IMG/VR virus record: IMGVR_UViG_3300031519_004866
Direction: 5' to 3' (one strand)
Source of the DNA: a virus
DNA length: 64,000 nt
Shown here: piece after piece, positions 46,878 through 55,626 of the stretch
How the letters are laid out: every line of letters starts with the position of its first letter
Numbering within the stretch: the stretch's first letter is position 1
Program-made: the position numbers and the translations under genes
The notes under the pieces: model-generated
The model's input: only the letters and a program-made list of their open reading frames with translations
Databases searched by the model: none
What the model was told of the DNA's origin: nothing

Positions 46878-47891
46878 GTAATGCTCATACAATTTAATAC
46901 TCGCTAAATTCTTACATTTACTTTCACACATAATATCTGCATAGTCTAAGAAACTTAATGCCCAGTCATTAACTTTATCATTAGGATAATAATCACTGTG
47001 CGCTCTTAGTTTACCTTTTTTGTAGCCTTGTTCTAATAGTACAGGCATATCAGGCATAGTGTCATGTGCAAAGCCTTCAGGCAAGTGTTCTGTTCTGCTG
47101 TAGCTGTAATGCATTGCAGGACGTACACCGCGCCAACTATCAACTATGCGTTTAAATCTATCATCGGTGGGTAAAATATATTCACCTTCTCTTGCCCAGT
47201 GATGGTGTATGTCGAGTACAAGTGCGCAGGTATTGGCAAGCTCAAGACTGTCTGCGATTCCCCATTTGTTTTCGTCGTTCTCGATCGTAATAGTGTTTCG
47301 CGCCTCTTGAGAAAGTCTGTTGTTGACTGCATGTTTAATACCGGCTGGACCTTGCCTGCCTGATATATGGACGTTGCACTTGAAGTCTTGGAATGTGCGT
47401 CCATAGCCCATCCAGCGGATGACATCGGTGTGATATTCAAATTCTTCTATGCTCCTCTCTACTATTTCCGGACTATCTGAAGCAAGGACTGTAAATTGGC
47501 CTGGGTGCATGGAGAGTCTAACATCGAGGGCTCTTGCTTGTTTGCCAACGTTTGCAAAGTTTTTCTCACAGTACGCAACAACATCCGGCTTGCGCCAAAA
47601 ATAAGACCACTCATGCTGAGTATACACAGGAAGTACATCACTACCAAGTCTAACCATTCGTAATTCATTTGGTAAACCTCCAACATATGTAATTAGGTTC
47701 ATGTACGATTGTACATTATGAACCATAATATCCCACAACCGTTCTTCAGCAACTTCACGGGTTTGTCTATTAAGCCACTGTACTGTTGTACTTTTTGTAT
47801 TTAGTGGCCGCTGAATTTCTTCTAATACTTTCTTAGTCTGTGTTTGGTCCGGGTGCATGTATTTACATGCGAAGCCTATACGTTTAATCAT
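46842..47891 (-). CDS. uvsE: UV damage endonuclease
   Basis: IGFAC, RLSMHPGQF, NVHISG, TIENDE, VLDIHHH, HYS, HSDY, MCESK. Confidence 0.9.
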   Translation of the reverse strand: MIKRIGFACKYMHPDQTQTKKVLEEIQRPLNTKSTTVQWLNRQTREVAEERLWDIMVHNVQSYMNLITYVGGLPNELRMVRLGSDVLPVYTQHEWSYFWRKPDVVAYCEKNFANVGKQARALDVRLSMHPGQFTVLASDSPEIVERSIEEFEYHTDVIRWMGYGRTFQDFKCNVHISGRQGPAGIKHAVNNRLSQEARNTITIENDENKWGIADSLELANTCALVLDIHHHWAREGEYILPTDDRFKRIVDSWRGVRPAMHYSYSRTEHLPEGFAHDTMPDMPVLLEQGYKKGKLRAHSDYYPNDKVNDWALSFLDYADIMCESKCKNLASIKLYEHYLGSKTLAAAAA

Positions 47892-48588
47892 GTTGTTTTA
47901 ATAATTCCCAAGTGTGTTTCCAGTCTATTACAGTATAACACATTCCTAAATCATTGTCAATGATTTGTCGCTTTAAAGGATAGTCATTTCCTTCTTTGTG
48001 CATAGCATCACCAAAAAAGTGTAGTTCGTCATTAGAATCAAAGTCGCTTAATATTTGACTTTTATCATTGCCACGTGGTGCAATATCAATACCAGTTTCG
48101 CCACCTACAGTTGCTTGTAAATTTGGAAACAAATTATTGAATTCTGATGCAATTTTATTTCGTTCGTTGTGTTCGTTGTCGTAAATAGCATACAGTTTGC
48201 GTTCTTTCATTGTAGCATTACGCCCTACAATACTATAGTTTACCATACCTGTACGATTTTCAATATGTAATCCAGTGCGTAAAGGAAATGTACTTTCGAC
48301 TAACTTTCCATCTAAAAAAGACTTTTCTACTAACGGTAAAACCCAGTCTGAACTTCTAATATTCTTTCCAGCTTCCCAAACATCACTACCGCTACAATTG
48401 TAAACAGTATTAACATTTTCAACAATACTAGTACCAACTTGTTCTACAGTTTTAGGATAGTCACTGCCTGTAACAAGATGTACAGCGTTGTCGTATGTGA
48501 ACTCTAAAAACCAGCGTTGAAAATCAGCATTAATGCGCTGCCTGCTAGGTGTTAGTGTTCCGTCAACATCAAAAATAAATCGTTTCAT
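47884..48588 (-). CDS. HAD-IIB phosphomannomutase (eukaryote-type PMM)
   Basis: FDVDGTL, TGSD, RTGMVNYSIVGRNA, GGETGIDI, FFGD...GNDYP. Confidence 0.85.
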   Translation of the reverse strand: MKRFIFDVDGTLTPSRQRINADFQRWFLEFTYDNAVHLVTGSDYPKTVEQVGTSIVENVNTVYNCSGSDVWEAGKNIRSSDWVLPLVEKSFLDGKLVESTFPLRTGLHIENRTGMVNYSIVGRNATMKERKLYAIYDNEHNERNKIASEFNNLFPNLQATVGGETGIDIAPRGNDKSQILSDFDSNDELHFFGDAMHKEGNDYPLKRQIIDNDLGMCYTVIDWKHTWELLKQHD

Positions 48589-48707
48589 GGTTCAATTGTA
48601 TAAAATGGGTCCACATAAAATAACATAGTGTACACATCAGACCCGTATAAGATACAAAGTTCTGTTAAAAAAATTATAGCTAAGACTTTTAAAATATTGT
48701 TAAGCAT
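48585..48707 (-). CDS. small membrane peptide (40 aa, not in ORF track)
   Basis: MLNNILKVLAIIFLTELCILYGSDV...; SD AAGGA; stop overlaps the PMM ATG. Confidence 0.4.
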   Translation of the reverse strand: MLNNILKVLAIIFLTELCILYGSDVYTMLFYVDPFYTIEP

Positions 48708-48720
48708 AGTAGTTCCTTTT

Positions 48721-49545
48721 TTAAAGTTTAGATTTTGGATATTTCTTTTTGAAGTGCTTAAATAATTTCATTACTCTTTGTACTTTAGCAACTACGTTAT
48801 CTGTTTTAGCAAACTTGTGATGATTAGCAAACACAAATGCATCTTCAACTTCTCGTTCAATATCGCCGCCAGTGTCCACTGTTATTTCGTGTTCGTGTAA
48901 CATTGATCGACTAATTGGGATATACTGTGCTAATGGAGTGCCTGCTTTAACTAATGTCTCGCCTTCAAGTACATGCCAAAACAATTGCACAGGAATGGCA
49001 TGCATATACATTGGATCAATAATTCCGTAAGCAGCCGTAAATCTTGTTTCGTTGTTATACGAAACAGGCATCTGTAATAACAACATGTCATCACTAGCTT
49101 TTACTCTCCAAGGAGTTTCAACTTTAACTGCTGAATTATGATAGGGCTTATTTGTATTCTTAGTGTCATCTGGAATTAATGGTTCTGTCTGCCAAGGCGC
49201 ATGCCAATTAATATAGTACTCGTATCCTTGAATAGTGTAATTGCCACTATTAGGTTTTACAAAGTGAAATGGAACTTCCCAACCAAGGTTTTCAATATCA
49301 GGCCCTGTTTTAATAACAAAGTCTGCTGGCGCTCTAAGAACATATCCTGACTTCATCAACGGTTTGATACCGGGACAATTTTTAGATATTTGATTACCAC
49401 TTTCAGGGCGAACCCTTCTAGTTCCTACATCATTAAATTTACGGTCTGCATTACCTGCAGGCTCAATTGGATATAAGGTAGCAACGTTCTCATCTAGTGA
49501 GTAAAAACGTAACCAACTTTTCTTATTTCGTTTAAAGTTAAACAT
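48721..49545 (-). CDS. hypothetical protein (possible dUTPase-like beta fold)
   Basis: CPGIKPLMKSGYVLRAPADF...KVETPW...GTPLAQYIP. Confidence 0.6.
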   Translation of the reverse strand: MFNFKRNKKSWLRFYSLDENVATLYPIEPAGNADRKFNDVGTRRVRPESGNQISKNCPGIKPLMKSGYVLRAPADFVIKTGPDIENLGWEVPFHFVKPNSGNYTIQGYEYYINWHAPWQTEPLIPDDTKNTNKPYHNSAVKVETPWRVKASDDMLLLQMPVSYNNETRFTAAYGIIDPMYMHAIPVQLFWHVLEGETLVKAGTPLAQYIPISRSMLHEHEITVDTGGDIEREVEDAFVFANHHKFAKTDNVVAKVQRVMKLFKHFKKKYPKSKL

Positions 49546-49563
49546 AATATTATATTACTATCT

Positions 49564-50376
49564 TTATTGCCAGTTGTCAACTACAAAACTATCTTTTACT
49601 TGTGCTGGATTTGGATCTCCATGAAACACTGCAATTGAGCAATCTGAATGTGGTTTAATATCGTTTCTAATATCTCTAAAGTTTCGTTGTCCGTCACGCA
49701 TTGTTAATTCATCACGACTGCGTATTTCCCATTTGTAACTTTGTATCCATTCGTCAGGCCAAAATCTAAGTTCTTCCCTACACTGTTGCCAAATCCAATC
49801 TTGGTCACCGTGGAGTTTTTGAGCGTGAGCTGGATTTTCAATAAACCTTTGAAAGATTTTTTGTTGGGTTCTAGCATTCCATGCCATAACTGAACTGTTT
49901 AAATGTTTGTAACCAGGATGGAACTTTCTATTAAAATCTCTAATTCCTATAAAATCATCTAGCCACACATTACAAAATTTATCAATACTCTTGTGTACAA
50001 CAACATCAAGATCCATGTATAATATTCTACCTTCTAATGGTAATGACGGATCAAACATATGTACTTTGTGCCACCAACCTCGAGGATATCCTTTGTTTGG
50101 TATAACAATGTTGTTTACGCCTTCTATAGGTTTTGGATCATCAGTTAAGCAATTGAACGTGTATGGCACATGACAATGTCTTGCAATCATGTTGCGTAGT
50201 TTAATAACATATTCGTGTCCGTACTTGTTACCAAACCTAACACATAAAATGTTTGTTACTGGGCCATTGTCGTTTTGACGGAGTTTATCAGTATTTCTAA
50301 ACTCTTTTTCTAAACGCCTAGCTGCTTTTTGCGCTTTACGTTCTGCCTTAGTAAAGTTGTGGTTTTCTATAGCCAT
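49564..50376 (-). CDS. GT-A glycosyltransferase (GT8-like)
   Basis: WWHKVHMF, YMDLDVVV (DxD), NSSVM, GDQDWI, VFHGDPNP. Confidence 0.85.
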   Translation of the reverse strand: MAIENHNFTKAERKAQKAARRLEKEFRNTDKLRQNDNGPVTNILCVRFGNKYGHEYVIKLRNMIARHCHVPYTFNCLTDDPKPIEGVNNIVIPNKGYPRGWWHKVHMFDPSLPLEGRILYMDLDVVVHKSIDKFCNVWLDDFIGIRDFNRKFHPGYKHLNSSVMAWNARTQQKIFQRFIENPAHAQKLHGDQDWIWQQCREELRFWPDEWIQSYKWEIRSRDELTMRDGQRNFRDIRNDIKPHSDCSIAVFHGDPNPAQVKDSFVVDNWQ

Positions 50377-50379
50377 TCA

Positions 50380-51162
50380 TTAGCACTCAGCATGGCGGAC
50401 AATGCTGTCGACCACTGCTTCAAAATCTTTTAAATGTAATGCATTAGGTCCATCGCTAGGTGCGTTGTCTGGATCTTCGTGTACTTCTAAAAAGAAATTC
50501 CTAATACCCAAAGCACTTGCTGCCCGGCATAAGCCAGGAACGTAATCCCTATTGCCACCGCTACTGCTTCCGTTACCACCTGGTTTTTGTACAGAGTGGG
50601 TAACGTCGAATACGATATCAGCACTGATATTGTTAAGCATGTAATCCATACCAGTGAAATCAACGACCAAAGTATTATATCCAAAACTAGTTCCTCTTTC
50701 TGTAATCCAAACCTCTTTGGCACCTTCAGTTTTACTTAGTATATTTTCAATATCCCATGGTGCTAAGAATTGTCCTTTTTTAATATTAACAATTTTATCT
50801 GTAGCACATGCTGCCTGCACTAAATCTGTTTGTCGGCATAAGAACGCTGGAATCTGTAAAGCATCTACAGTGTCGTTAAATCCTTCTGTAATCCAATTGA
50901 TTTGTGGTACTGTATGCACGTCAGTGATTGTCTTTACAAGAAGTCTATCTTTGATAGTTTCAAAATCGTGTAGTGTAGCATTTAATCCAAGTCCACGCTG
51001 ACCGTTAATACTTGATCTATTTGCTTTATCAAAACTAGCTTTAAAGTAATATTCAATACCGTGCTTTTCACATACACGTTTACACTCTTCAGCAATTCTT
51101 AATGATTGCTTTAGTGATTCGTGCTGACACGGACCTGCTATAATTCTCATACCTTCCGTCAT
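50380..51162 (-). CDS. kdsA: KDO-8-phosphate synthase
   Basis: IAGPCQHES, KASFDKANRSS, QIPAFLCRQTD, KKGQF, FDVTHSVQ, EVHEDPDNAPSDG. Confidence 0.93.
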   Translation of the reverse strand: MTEGMRIIAGPCQHESLKQSLRIAEECKRVCEKHGIEYYFKASFDKANRSSINGQRGLGLNATLHDFETIKDRLLVKTITDVHTVPQINWITEGFNDTVDALQIPAFLCRQTDLVQAACATDKIVNIKKGQFLAPWDIENILSKTEGAKEVWITERGTSFGYNTLVVDFTGMDYMLNNISADIVFDVTHSVQKPGGNGSSSGGNRDYVPGLCRAASALGIRNFFLEVHEDPDNAPSDGPNALHLKDFEAVVDSIVRHAEC

Positions 51163-51645
51163 TTAATCTTCCTTGTATGTTTCTCTGCGTGTATGATATG
51201 GTGTATAGATTGCACTGTTTGCACCGTGTTCTGCACACTCTGCCGACTCACACCAACAACGATTGTTAGTTGCTTCACGTATAAGTTTATCTGCAAATTG
51301 CCATGCATGTTCTGCAAACTTCTCTGCACCTACACCATCAAATACTCTAATCTCTGCTAAGCCTTTAGCTTCAAGATCCATAAATGTTTCCATGTGTGGA
51401 TCTTTAACATCAATTGCTGTTTTGTGATCGAAATGATCTTCTAACCAAGCCTTCAAAGGTTTTAATCCTCCAAAGTCAACTGCCCAGTTCTTATTGTCTA
51501 AATCACTGCAACCAAATACAAACTTAAATTGTAAGCTGTATCCGTGTAGTAAATGACAATGCGAATGATCAGCATTAGGTTGTCTAAACACAGCACTCAA
51601 CCCAATGTTGTGTCCGTATGTTTTTGTTGAAAAATATTGTCCCAT
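51163..51645 (-). CDS. queD: 6-carboxy-5,6,7,8-tetrahydropterin synthase
   Basis: HCHLLHGY, WAVDFGGLK, FDHK, AEKFA, EHGANSA. Confidence 0.88.
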   Translation of the reverse strand: MGQYFSTKTYGHNIGLSAVFRQPNADHSHCHLLHGYSLQFKFVFGCSDLDNKNWAVDFGGLKPLKAWLEDHFDHKTAIDVKDPHMETFMDLEAKGLAEIRVFDGVGAEKFAEHAWQFADKLIREATNNRCWCESAECAEHGANSAIYTPYHTRRETYKED

Positions 51646-51720
51646 AATTGTAACTCCTATATATGGGCGGCAGAATTAGAAGGGTTGACGCCAAGACCTT
51701 TTGTTAATATAATAATACTA

Positions 51721-51748
51721 ATTATACACGATCTTGTGCAGAAGTCAA
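51721..51748 (-). promoter_or_regulatory. sigma70-type promoter TTGACT-N16-TATAAT for the queD-kdsA operon
   Basis: Hexamers at 51748-51743 and 51726-51721. Confidence 0.55.
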
Positions 51749-52353
51749 GATATTGATTTAAAAAATTGTTCAAAACGCACATTAGGCTTTTTCCACTGTG
51801 CTGGAAAGTCCCATTCGTGCATGTTTTTTATAATAAATTGTTTGTTAGGAAAGTGTTTAAAAATTAATCCAATTTGTCTAACCCAAAACGAAGGATCAAT
51901 TGGATGTGAATGTTCATCTGAATAGTTGTCTGTGCCTTTGTACAAGTTATTAACTTTCTCGTTTATTCCGTATAAATCAAATCCTAATAGAGTTATTTCG
52001 TCACTCTCTAAGTTTGCAGCAACTAACACTGCATACGGTCCACTGCCCCAGTTAATAGGTTGATTTTGTTTTTGTTCGTCGGTGTAAGGAAGTTCAGGCA
52101 CTGCATGAATACGTTTATCTTTTCTAACTTTACGAAAGTACTGATAGTTTTCTTCACGAACATATATCTTTGTGTCCGTTGTGTTCAACCCCTCAGTGGA
52201 TTCGTGTACCATGCGTCGATCACAACAGACAAGATGTTCAACCGTCATATCTCTATGTACAGCGTTACATCCTACTAATGTGTATTTTGGAAATAGTTGT
52301 GGTAAATCTAAGCCTTTTCGACTCTCTCCATTACCTAATACTAACGTTGGCAC
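51745..52353 (-). CDS. Maf/DUF115/GT29-like Rossmann-fold sugar transferase
   Basis: VLGNGESR...VGCNA...SGPYAVLVA...ITLLGFDL. Confidence 0.6.
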   Translation of the reverse strand: MPTLVLGNGESRKGLDLPQLFPKYTLVGCNAVHRDMTVEHLVCCDRRMVHESTEGLNTTDTKIYVREENYQYFRKVRKDKRIHAVPELPYTDEQKQNQPINWGSGPYAVLVAANLESDEITLLGFDLYGINEKVNNLYKGTDNYSDEHSHPIDPSFWVRQIGLIFKHFPNKQFIIKNMHEWDFPAQWKKPNVRFEQFFKSIS

Positions 52354-52356
52354 AAG

Positions 52357-53166
52357 CTATCGAATTTCTCCAAATGGTGCCCATATACCTGGGTTACCTG
52401 CTTGGATACATACCCAACCAATGTATGATTTTTGTCTTGCTTTAGTGTTCCAACAAATATCACCTTGATTGTAATTTCCACCTTGCGGTGCTTCTGTGCC
52501 GTTAATGTGTAATGCGTTGTTAAATTTAATTGGACCTCTAACATGTAGGTCAACCTGTGCATCAGGATTTGAAACACCTACTGCTAACTTACCAGCAATT
52601 TTTGCATCGTTTGTAATTTTAACATTGCCACCTGCTTCTACAACAATTCTATCTTGATTATCAGTTTTGATGTGTAAAGCATGACTACCGTATGTACCAA
52701 GATATGCTTTTGATGCATCTTCTGCACCTAATACAATTTCAATACCATCTTCAGCAATACTAACTTGGCCATTTGGTTGATCAGTACCAATACCTAATCT
52801 ATCAGATCCAGCATCGTAGTAAACATACTGGTTAATAGACATCGAACCGTCTACAATCAACCCACGTAATCTACCTAATGTTTTAAGGTTACTTTCAGTA
52901 ACACTGCTACCTAGTGCGCTTTGTGTTAATACGTCAAGTCCACCTACTTTGAATCCTTTGTTTTTAGCAACGTCTACATTCTCAGTTGAAAAGATATTAT
53001 CCTCCATCAACACAAGTTGTTTAGTGTAGTCGCTGCCAGCCCAAAATATGCCTTTGCCGTTAACATCGGTTTTAAACATTACTGACTGATTTGTAGCCCA
53101 GCCACCATCGTTTGTGAGTGCTGATTCTAAGTCTAAGAGTGCTTGATTAAGTTTTGTCTGATCCAT
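52357..53166 (-). CDS. virion fibre-like structural protein
   Basis: RLGIGTDQP and KLAVGVSNP beta repeats; GDICWN...GWVC C-terminus; TAAATA-N5-ATG. Confidence 0.65.
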   Translation of the reverse strand: MDQTKLNQALLDLESALTNDGGWATNQSVMFKTDVNGKGIFWAGSDYTKQLVLMEDNIFSTENVDVAKNKGFKVGGLDVLTQSALGSSVTESNLKTLGRLRGLIVDGSMSINQYVYYDAGSDRLGIGTDQPNGQVSIAEDGIEIVLGAEDASKAYLGTYGSHALHIKTDNQDRIVVEAGGNVKITNDAKIAGKLAVGVSNPDAQVDLHVRGPIKFNNALHINGTEAPQGGNYNQGDICWNTKARQKSYIGWVCIQAGNPGIWAPFGEIR

Positions 53167-53204
53167 ACTACTATTTATTCCTTTACGCAGAAAAGCTGTT
53201 TTCG

Positions 53205-54506
53205 CTATTGTACTTTCAATAATATTATATCATTATTTATGCGTCCGTTTAGCTTAATATCAACCGCTTTAATATCATCTAAGAACGTTCGCAGTTTAAC
53301 TTTACCGGATGTCTTAAACTCTTTAAGTTGTTCTTCAGGTTTACGTAAGGTCTTCTGAATACTTTCAGTTTCTTTAAACCCAGTAATAGTTGTACCTTTT
53401 ACACTAAGTCCACTACCTTCTCGACCTGCACCTAGCGGATCGATGATATCAGCAACATACTTGCCAATTTTACGTGTTTTAGTATTAAACACCCAAAGCT
53501 CGTTAGCTTTGATAATATCTTCTGGATTGATACTAGCTAATTGATACTTGTCATCAGTCTTAGCATATTTCATCTTAGCAACAAGTTTATCTGCACTGTA
53601 CACTTTACGCTTACGAGGCTTACGTGTTGCTTTACTAGATTCAATAATAACATCACATGCGCCTACTAGTCGATCTAATGCTGCAATAAACTTCTTAGCA
53701 TCAGCTTTGTTAACATGTGCATATGCTTCTTGCAATTGTGCTGCATGATCGTGATCCATTTCAGTTGCCTTCTTAGACAACTTAGTCGGTGAAACATATT
53801 CTTTCATTTCATCAAGTTCGGGCTGATACATCGATGCTATCATCCTTGCATGAGCTTGAGTAATTTTCATTACTGCAAAATGTCTTGCAAAGTCAAACTT
53901 CTTTGGATCAAACTTCTTTGGATCGTCACAAAAGTCGTCCAACCACAGGTCAAACTTTTCACACGCTGCAACAGACTGCTCTCGAATACGTTCTTGAATA
54001 GTAAGAACACGCACATTGCTTTTTGCTTTTTCTTCAGCTACCTTTTCTTCAATTTTGTCTTTGCCTTGTTCAATAGCATTATAGATTCTTTTTTCTAAAA
54101 ATTCAATTGATGATTTTAAATGCCCACTTGTACCAGCTAATGATAACCAATGTTCTGCTTCTACAGTACAATCCCTAGGTGCGCCAAGCATGTCCATCCT
54201 AGCAACAATAGCAGCCGTAACACTTAATGCTGATTTAGGAGCATTTTTTGCCCACTTAATCTGTTCTTCAGTATACGTACCTTGAGTTTTCATCCATTCG
54301 TAAACATACCCATACAAATCGTCAGGTTTGAAGTTTTCGTAGTACCAAGTTGAAGTGTGTCTACGAAACTTATGAACTTCTTCACCAGTCCATTCTTCGT
54401 ATCCTTCCCAACTAGGTTCCTTTAGCTTTGCTCCACGCATAATGCGAGGTGCCGAACGAACGGTTTTCTTTTTAGGTTTAGCTGCTGCTTTGTTAGCCCT
54501 GGCCAT
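53205..54506 (-). CDS. hypothetical protein (433 aa)
   Basis: Long ORF with SD AGGAG and its own sigma70 promoter. Confidence 0.75.
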   Translation of the reverse strand: MARANKAAAKPKKKTVRSAPRIMRGAKLKEPSWEGYEEWTGEEVHKFRRHTSTWYYENFKPDDLYGYVYEWMKTQGTYTEEQIKWAKNAPKSALSVTAAIVARMDMLGAPRDCTVEAEHWLSLAGTSGHLKSSIEFLEKRIYNAIEQGKDKIEEKVAEEKAKSNVRVLTIQERIREQSVAACEKFDLWLDDFCDDPKKFDPKKFDFARHFAVMKITQAHARMIASMYQPELDEMKEYVSPTKLSKKATEMDHDHAAQLQEAYAHVNKADAKKFIAALDRLVGACDVIIESSKATRKPRKRKVYSADKLVAKMKYAKTDDKYQLASINPEDIIKANELWVFNTKTRKIGKYVADIIDPLGAGREGSGLSVKGTTITGFKETESIQKTLRKPEEQLKEFKTSGKVKLRTFLDDIKAVDIKLNGRINNDIILLKVQ

Positions 54507-54538
54507 TTTCTGCTCCTGTATATCCTGTAGAAAAATTA

Positions 54539-54567
54539 ACTATACGCTGATATATATCATTTGTCAA
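54539..54567 (-). promoter_or_regulatory. sigma70-type promoter TTGACA-N17-TATAGT
   Basis: Hexamers at 54567-54562 and 54544-54539. Confidence 0.65.
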
Positions 54568-54581
54568 GAGATTTTTTCTCT

Positions 54582-55268
54582 TTACGATTTAATTGTGTCC
54601 ATCAACGGAAAGATTTCTGCGATTACTTTAGCACAAGCATGGGCAATTTCCATGTGTTCTTTTTGAGTGCCATTGGCTCCACGTAGGTCAATATAATGTA
54701 CCCAACTACGAATACTACCTTGCATATACAAACGTGACTTAGTTAAGCCTTCTGGCAAAACTTTACGAGCTTGTTCTTTAGCAATACCATTTTCAATTGC
54801 CCAGTCATATGCATCTTTTGCGGCATCAATTACTCTTTGTTGTTTATTTTTCCAAGTGCCTTGGAGAATAGCATGTCCATCACTTTCAGGATCTAAGTCA
54901 ACAGAGTTCTGCCTGTTCTTAGGATCTTGCAAACGTGCTTCACTTATTACAAACTGATCACCCATACTTGCTGGATCAGCATACCGTTGACTAAATTCTT
55001 GAAACGCAAAACTACGATGTCGAACAACCTGGTGTGCAATATCTCGAGTGGTATCAATTTCCAATGTGGCGTTAACCATTTCGAGTGGTGACCAATGTTG
55101 GTGTTTAATCAAATACTTAATTAAGCGTTCGCTAGTTTCCATATTGATTTGTGCTGTAGGATTTGAAACCTTTGCACAAAATGCAATAAGTTCCTGTAGA
55201 TCTGTTAAACCTTCTGCTTCAAAATCATCCGTTGCTTTTGAATAGCATACTAGACGTACTGCTGTCAT
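54582..55268 (-). CDS. thyX: FAD-dependent thymidylate synthase
   Basis: HQHWSPLE, QVVRHRSFAFQEFSQRY, EQARKVLP, TQKEH. Confidence 0.95.
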   Translation of the reverse strand: MTAVRLVCYSKATDDFEAEGLTDLQELIAFCAKVSNPTAQINMETSERLIKYLIKHQHWSPLEMVNATLEIDTTRDIAHQVVRHRSFAFQEFSQRYADPASMGDQFVISEARLQDPKNRQNSVDLDPESDGHAILQGTWKNKQQRVIDAAKDAYDWAIENGIAKEQARKVLPEGLTKSRLYMQGSIRSWVHYIDLRGANGTQKEHMEIAHACAKVIAEIFPLMDTIKS

Positions 55269-55291
55269 TTACTTTTCCTTTATGTGTAGAT

Positions 55292-55317
55292 AAAATGTAG
55301 GGCGCAAAGGCCCTACA
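55292..55317 (-). terminator. intrinsic terminator
   Basis: 8-bp stem TGTAGGGC/GCCCTACA followed by a U-tract on the minus strand. Confidence 0.7.
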
Positions 55318-55330
55318 CGTTTATGGGTGG

Positions 55331-55525
55331 TTACTGTCCTAATGCTGTATCTTTCCGTGCATTTTTTGTGTCAGTAATTTCTTTTCTAATTTCTTTAGCT
55401 GCCTTAGTGATTTCTTGTAGTGCCTTGCGAGCTCTTGTACCAGCTGCGCCGTTGCCTGCTTCAAATTTTACGTTCTCTTCCAAAAACGCCTCAAAGTTTG
55501 TTTTGAGGTTTTCTAAATTACTCAT
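55331..55525 (-). CDS. histone H1-like Hc1-family small protein
   Basis: KFEAGNGAAGTRARKALQEITKAAKEIRKEI resembles the Hc1 N-terminal domain (GNKAAAQRVR). Confidence 0.6.
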   Translation of the reverse strand: MSNLENLKTNFEAFLEENVKFEAGNGAAGTRARKALQEITKAAKEIRKEITDTKNARKDTALGQ

Positions 55526-55570
55526 ACTATTTTTCCTTTTAAAATGCGGCATTCGTTTGCTGCATGTTCT

Positions 55571-55599
55571 ATTATATAAGCCTAGACTGTGTTTGTCAA
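55571..55599 (-). promoter_or_regulatory. sigma70-type promoter TTGACA-N17-TATAAT, back-to-back with a plus-strand TAAATA at 55613
   Basis: Perfect consensus hexamers. Confidence 0.7.
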
Positions 55600-55626
55600 G
55601 CATTAAAGTGGTTAAATACGTATATA

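Noticed and set aside
53902-53926. Direct repeat caaacttctttggat x2
   Set aside because: An in-frame coding duplication (KKFDPKKFD); no sign of a regulatory role.
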